Shown piece by piece: positions 60,365-64,000 of a stretch of 64,000 nt of DNA (positions within the stretch are counted from its first letter, which is position 1; each line of letters starts with the position of its first letter). The notes beneath the pieces are model-generated. The model did no database searches and had not been told where the DNA came from. It was given only the letters and a program-made list of their open reading frames with translations. Both the position numbers and the translations under genes were made by a program. The DNA is taken from contig OU015566.1 in the NCBI GenBank assembly GCA_907165135.1, positions 9,610,001 to 9,674,000 of the forward strand, written 5' to 3'. The stretch is from Oikopleura dioica (lineage: Eukaryota; Animalia; Chordata).

Positions 60365-60959
60365 TTATTTGATAATTTTTCCAGGAGCAGGGAACACCTT
60401 GAGCGATTTTTCGAATAGTTCTCTAGTAACTCCGTTCGGAGTGTAGATGGAAGTGACTGGAAGCCGACTGACCGCGTTCATATTGTTCATTTGGTTGTCG
60501 TAGAAGACCATATCATCAAGAGCGATGCCGGTTTTCTCTGCAAGAGTCCGGAAATGCACCTCTTTAGATCGCGCCTTGTAGATTTCCTTGTGGGCGAAGA
60601 CATCGTCTGGCTTGATGTCAAGTTTAGGCCCGATTCGCATTTTACGGAGGCACTCTGCTGCCCAACTCGGCTCTTAAAACAAAGCTCAATACACTGTAGA
60701 AAACTTGTGTACTTGTCTAACCATCGCAAGTAGAAGCAATGCCGACTATTGAATCGGCATATTTTGGGTCAGTGTGAAGCTCGTAGAGAATCTTTCTAAC
60801 ATCTCCCAGAAAGTGCACCTCTTCGCCTTTACAGTCCTTGACATTTCCATTCTCCTGGAGCTTGAAAGGACTCCCTCCTCCCCAGATTTCGTACATTTCC
60901 GGCGCCCAGACGCAACCGTCAAGGTCGAAAACGAACATTTTTGGCATTTTGTTCGACAT
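60365..60959 (-). CDS. MDP1: Magnesium-dependent phosphatase 1 (HAD IIIC)
   Basis: FVFDLDG, VGIAS, SKEVHF, MVFYDN; one intron. Confidence 0.85.
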
Positions 60960-61055
60960 TCTGTTGGTTTCAAGGTTTAAAAGTTAAGTCAATGCTCGCA
61001 TGCTTTTATTGTTAGAGACAGATTATTGTTAGATATGTACAGGAAGAGAATTATA

Positions 61056-61656
61056 TTAGCATTCAGCACGATAAGTACCAATATATCTTCCACAACTTGG
61101 GTTTCCGCAATAGTGCTCGATGTCTCGCATGTACTAAAATGAAAATAAAACGAACGCCCTTTCAAAATATCAAGGTGAATTATTGATCAAATAATCTTTA
61201 AAAGCGAGAATATCCTCGAGTGCTTACCCTGCAACAAAATGGAATGAAGCAGCAAGGCCAACAGCCGCACAAGAACATTGTGAAACAAAGAAGGAATGAA
61301 AGAGGAGCATGAGCTGCTTCTGTCGTTCGAGTGATTGCAGTTCCTTAGTGAAGGTGTTAGGGTCAATACTTAGCAGAAAATTGCAACTTACGTTGGCACT
61401 GGTCGCAATAAATCCTCTGGGGATATCGAAAATGAATTCCCTGATCTGACCCCATGCTTTGGACAACATAGATTTGCGTGTGACCATTGCTAGTCCTTAC
61501 TGTCCGTTGTTCTTCAAAATATTGACTCTCTGGTTGGGTTGCGATAGGGATTTCCTGTGATCTGTGAATAAGATCACCGTCAAAAGACAAGTTTGTTTCT
61601 CCCTTTTTAGTTTCATCCATTGCTTGATTATATGATGGTGGCATTTCATTTGCCAT
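61056..61656 (-). CDS. LITAF-domain protein
   Basis: PPSY, YCDQC, FLCGCWPCCFIPFC, RDIEHYCGNPSCGRYIG. Confidence 0.85.
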
Positions 61657-62149
61657 TTTTTCGCTTTTTTTTCTATTCTCTCAGTTGCAAGAAAAATTAG
61701 TCACTTTTTCGTATATTTTATAGTTGTTTTATTGAATATCATATATAGTATCTTGTCCGTTACAGGAATACGTTTAATTGAGAAACAGAGAATAGGAAGT
61801 AATAGGATTCGTTACTGATTAACCCCACCCCTCTCTTTTCCACAGTCTGCTAATATTGCAACTAGGTAAACAAGATAGAAAAATGAGCATTACGCATGCG
61901 AACATTCGCGCTTTTTTACAAAAACGAACTTTGTGAAAAGAAAGCAGTGACGTACAGCGGCCAAGAGTTAGAAAAATATTTGACAAAAACATAGTTTGTG
62001 TGTGACAATACGCGTTTCGTGGTTTTGTTGTGTATCTATCACGTGAGCAGTTTGAAAGACCGTTGAACTTTTTCATTTTGACTCTTGACGAGTTTTACAA
62101 TTGTCGTTTACTTTTGAATCTGTAGCACCAGTAGTTTTGGTGTATTGTT

Positions 62150-64000
62150 TATCAGGTTTTTGTTGATGTTGGAGATGGCAGTAGAAGAAATTAATTTAAC
62201 CGGGGAGATCCGGGACGAACGTTGAATTACTAAATATGAGCAGTTATTTAAACGCAGTCATAATAAAACAGAATGGTTTAAATGGAAAATAATTGCTAAC
62301 ACACCTGACTAAAAGGAGGATATTGTCCGTGTTGTTGCTGCGGAGGTGCTCCCATGCCTGGTGGGGCTCCTCCTTGTGGTGGTGCTCCGGGATATCCACC
62401 TGAAAAGAAAGGATTATTATCGAATACAAATATAGGAGCAAGTTAAATTATCGTGATAAATTTAACTCACGGTGTGGTCGCATACCCCCTGGGTACTGAG
62501 GAGGATACTGGCCATATTGAGGATAACCTCTAGGCGGGTATCCTTGGTATCCAGGATGTCCAGGAGGGTGTCCATAGCCAGGCGGCATTCCAGGTCGAGG
62601 TGGATAACCACCTGAGCCGGGGTGTCCGTGTGGTGGGTAACCTTTCATTCGGGCTTTGACTGGGTCATTTTCTTATTTTTTCTAAAAGTTTTTCACTAAA
62701 GCCGTGCCTTGCGGAGGATATCCAGGATGTCCACTTGGGTAGCCATAAGGGTAGCCTGGTTTCTGCGCCATGCCAGGGTGCATTCCTTGAGGCGCGTGAG
62801 GGTTGTATCCTGCTGGTGGTGCACCTTGGGGACTTTGGCCAGGATGGGGTTGAGACTGCCCTTGCATTGCTGGCCCTCCTGGGCTTTGCATCATCGATGG
62901 GTGTCCTTGACCTAAAAAGACATCTTAGCTAGATAAAGACTAATAAGGATCTACCCGGAGAAGACTGTTGAGGTGACTGATGCGGGATATTCGGCGACTG
63001 AGCATGTGGTGCTTGAGGCGTTTGCGGATTCACCGATGGGCTCGCATGTGTTGAATCTGGTCTGGGAGGAGGATTAGGCGTCGAAGGCTGTTTCTGGGGT
63101 GATATCTAATACTCGGAATATAAAAGAACTTAAACTGGCGCCAACTACGACCTGTTGTTGCGCCTGCGGTTGAGAGCTGTGTAGATGGTGAGGCTGGTTC
63201 ATGGCGTGTGGAGGGTAGCCTGGCGCCTGGCTACCTGGATACGGCTGGCTGGCTGGCCCACCAGGATAACCGGGGCCATAGCCTGGATGCTATAAAATGC
63301 TAAATAAACTTATAAAAATAACGATTTACCTGTGAGTAAGGAAATCTGTGTGCAGGATTCTGAGCGGCTTGAGGATTAGGTGCTCCAGGTTGCCCAGGCC
63401 CATTCCCATGAAAACCAGGATAACCGGGATGTGGCTGACTTTGTGGCGTAGCTGCTGGATTCTGTTGCGTTGGCATCGCACTGTTTTGAGCTGCAGATGG
63501 AGACTGTTGAATTGGTGTTTGTTGTTTGGGCGGAGGTTGTTGTTGCTGCTGTGGTTGTTGAGCTTGAGAAGACGCCGAAGGAGCGGGACTTTGAGCTGGC
63601 TGAGACTGCGCCTGTTCTTGTGGAGTTTTTGGAGGCTCTTCGGTAATCGACTGGGGAGGTTCGGTTTCGGAACTTGGCTTTGGTGAGACTCTGGCTTCGC
63701 TTTCGGAGTTGACCGCTTGAGGAGGGTTATTTCCAGGAGTTGGCGGATTATCTGGTTGATTTTCCGTAGGAGCGGGAGATTTTACAGCGGATTCAGTCGG
63801 AACGGGAGTTGAGACTGGAGGAATTTGTGTCTGTGATGGCTGATCATTTTCGGTTTCTTGTGTTGACGCAGGAGTTGCTGGCTTTGGTGGGTGACCGTTT
63901 GGAAGCCCGTTCGGTAGTCCTGGGTGCTGCTGTATGCCTGTATGAGCTTGTGGAATGGGTGGTTGGGCCATTCTCGGGCCCTCAGGTCTAATCTGAGACA
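62150..64000 (-). CDS. Pro/Gln/Gly/Tyr-rich low-complexity protein, partial (5' end beyond window)
   Basis: Multiple exons encoding GYPPHGHPG/QPGAP repeats; identity not determinable. Confidence 0.55.

Overview
Gene-dense, AT-rich eukaryotic DNA. Very short introns (about 35-60 nt), several GA-AG introns and operon-like packing fit a larvacean tunicate such as Oikopleura (inferred). The left end (about 0.3-5.2 kb) holds a Polinton/Maverick (adintovirus-like) module: ATPase, integrase, penton-like ORF, basic core-like ORF, adenain protease and an intron-split major capsid gene. It is flanked by a poly-SIM acidic protein, three RING E3 genes, a perfect hairpin and a kinase. Host genes include an ALKBH3-like pseudoenzyme, an ELAV/Sxl-like gene, an SLC35A transporter, two K2P channels, eIF2D, a cysteine-free RPL37, MFAP1, PSMB1, a forkhead factor, Pellino, RNPS1, SKP1, a MED9-like gene, MDP1 and LITAF. 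Eight DNA transposons have recognisable TIRs and TSDs (hAT, foldback/MULE, Tc1/pogo, piggyBac types). Four sit inside coding exons, and for three of these the element ends plus flanks offer an in-frame splice, so they are candidate nascent introns. Exon models were built by eye, and all homology calls come from motif recognition, not database searches.
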